From Octopus bimaculoides (Eukaryota), in contig NC_068988.1 of NCBI RefSeq assembly GCF_001194135.2, forward strand, positions 68,669,881 to 68,709,268: a stretch of DNA of 39,388 bases, written 5' to 3'. Both the position numbers and the translations under genes were made by a program. Shown here in pieces: positions 38,104-39,388 of the stretch; the first letter of the stretch is position 1, and the number at the start of each line of letters is the position of its first letter. The notes under the pieces were generated by a model, which saw only the letters and a program-made list of their open reading frames with translations, ran no database searches and was not told the origin of the DNA.

Positions 38104-38169
38104 AAGAAATTTACATATCTACAGTTTTCAAACACACAAACTTTGATATCCACAACTGTTGTGAATACT

Positions 38170-38420
38170 CATCCTTTCGTCTCTCCTTGAGTATCCGAAA
38201 AAGTAAACATACATTTTTTTATTCTAAAAACATTAGTTTTCTCTGTGTGGACATACAAATGACCATCTTCGGTGAATCTTAAAACTTTCTGTGAAAATTT
38301 GACTCTTGTCTTTTCTTTCCTTTCTCCCCGAGTATTCAGAAATGTAAGCATCTTTTTTTTTTTTTTTTTGCAAAAACACAACTGTTTTCTCTAACTGGAC
38401 ATACAAAAGAACATCTCTAG
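38170..38420. repeat. Old diverged direct repeat, two units about 140-160 bp apart
   Basis: tctccttgagtatccgaaaaagtaaacat...aaaaacattagttttctctgtgtggacatacaaatgaccatct versus tctccccgagtattcagaaatgtaagcat...aaaaacacaactgttttctctaactggacatacaaaagaacatct. Confidence 0.7.
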
Positions 38421-38711
38421 AAAAGTCAACTTTAATTTCTACAATATTACCTTTATTTTCTCCCTAACTAGCTGAAATATGCAATAACAGAAATGCACGT
38501 GGAATAATAATAATAAATTCTCTCTGGTCGAACACAACTTCTCTATTCACAAATAATACAGAACAGAGTAAGTCGGCCCTTCCTTAATTTTTCTTAAGGT
38601 CAAGGTTACTGTTGCTGTTGCTCGCTGCTAGTAGTAGTAGACATTTGAACTCTTTTTGACCGATCCCATCCCATCCCACTCAAAAAAGAAAAAAAAATAC
38701 ATGAGCCGCAC

Positions 38712-38988
38712 TTACTACTACTACTACTGCTGCGACTACTGTTGCTGCTATTACTGCTACTTCTACTGCTGCTGCTACTGCCGCCACTACCACTGCTGCT
38801 ACTCTACTTCTGCTACTACCACTACTGCGCTGCTGCTGCTTACTACTGCTACTGTTACTGCTGCTGTTGCTGTTACCACTACTACTACTATTACCACTGC
38901 CACTGCTGCTGCTGATGGTGATGTTGCTGCTGCAACTACAACTACTACTGGTGGTGGTGGTGGTGCTGCTGCTGCTGCTAATGATGAT
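38712..38988. repeat. Compound trinucleotide tract (CTA/CTG/CCA/GGT/GAT) in a largely constant 3-nt register
   Basis: tactactactactactgctgc...gctgctgatggtgatgttgctgctgcaactacaactactactggtggtggtggtggtgctgctgct is read directly. Confidence 0.9.
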
Positions 38989-39123
38989 AACCGCGGCCCC
39001 TGTATGAAGATTAGTGGTTAAAAAAATATATAAATTTTTTTTTTATGAAAATTTAATTATAATTTAACTTTACTTAAAAAAAAAATTCAAACAGTACACC
39101 AAATCGCTTGTCCAAGGGTTATA

Positions 39124-39388
39124 ATGGAAGCGCGCCTCTCAGGAATCTATCAGCCTGACGACGAAAAATTTTCAAATGGCAGAATATCTTCCCCGAATAC
39201 GAACCTGGAAGGTCACTTGGACGGGATTTGTCCCAAATTAAGCCCCCGAAGTTCACCACCACAGCGACCACAAAATCAAAAATGTAAAAGAACTAAATGG
39301 AACCGGGAAGAATATAAAGAAGTAATATACGCTTATTACTTTGCATTAAGTAGGCCAACCCAAGAGAAACACACCGCAAACTCCTACA
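39124..39388 (+). mobile_element. 5' start of an R4/Dong-like non-LTR retrotransposon ORF, open to the window edge
   Basis: 88 uninterrupted codons: MEARLSGIYQPDDEKFSNGRISSPNTNLEGHLDGICPKLSPRSSPPQRPQNQKCKRTKWNREEYKEVIYAYYFALSRPTQEKHTANSY. The R.KW..EE...V..AYY motif resembles the N-terminal domain I recall from R4-clade ORFs. It is absent from the ORF track because no stop is reached. Confidence 0.6.

Noticed and set aside
38656-39021. 121-aa ORF rich in Y/C/T/A/G
   Set aside because: It is the translation of a trinucleotide repeat; there is no evidence of coding function.

Overview
This is AT-rich eukaryotic (animal) DNA, not prokaryotic. The SINE families, the dense (TA)n/(CA)n/(GATA)n microsatellites and the TTAGGG repeat point to a mollusc, most likely an octopus; that assignment comes from recalled repeat sequences and is unverified. 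No complete host gene can be supported. Most long ORFs in the track are artefacts of N-gaps and microsatellites. Recognisable content is mainly mobile DNA: decayed Tigger/pogo and maT (DD37D) transposases, a near-complete decayed RTE LINE, an old R4/Dong-like 3' end, an uninterrupted R4-like ORF start at the right edge, and several tRNA-derived SINEs. The most unusual structures are: (1) a ~446 bp non-autonomous element with ~110 bp TIRs, GG...CC ends and a perfect 8-bp TSD, carrying a (TTAGGG)n array; (2) a ~510 bp foldback palindrome; (3) two tandem 321-bp units, each with a 72-nt tRNA-like sequence, lying between the two halves of a SINE. A few splice-bounded candidate exons on the minus strand are reported as speculative only. 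I found no support for a novel multi-gene system.
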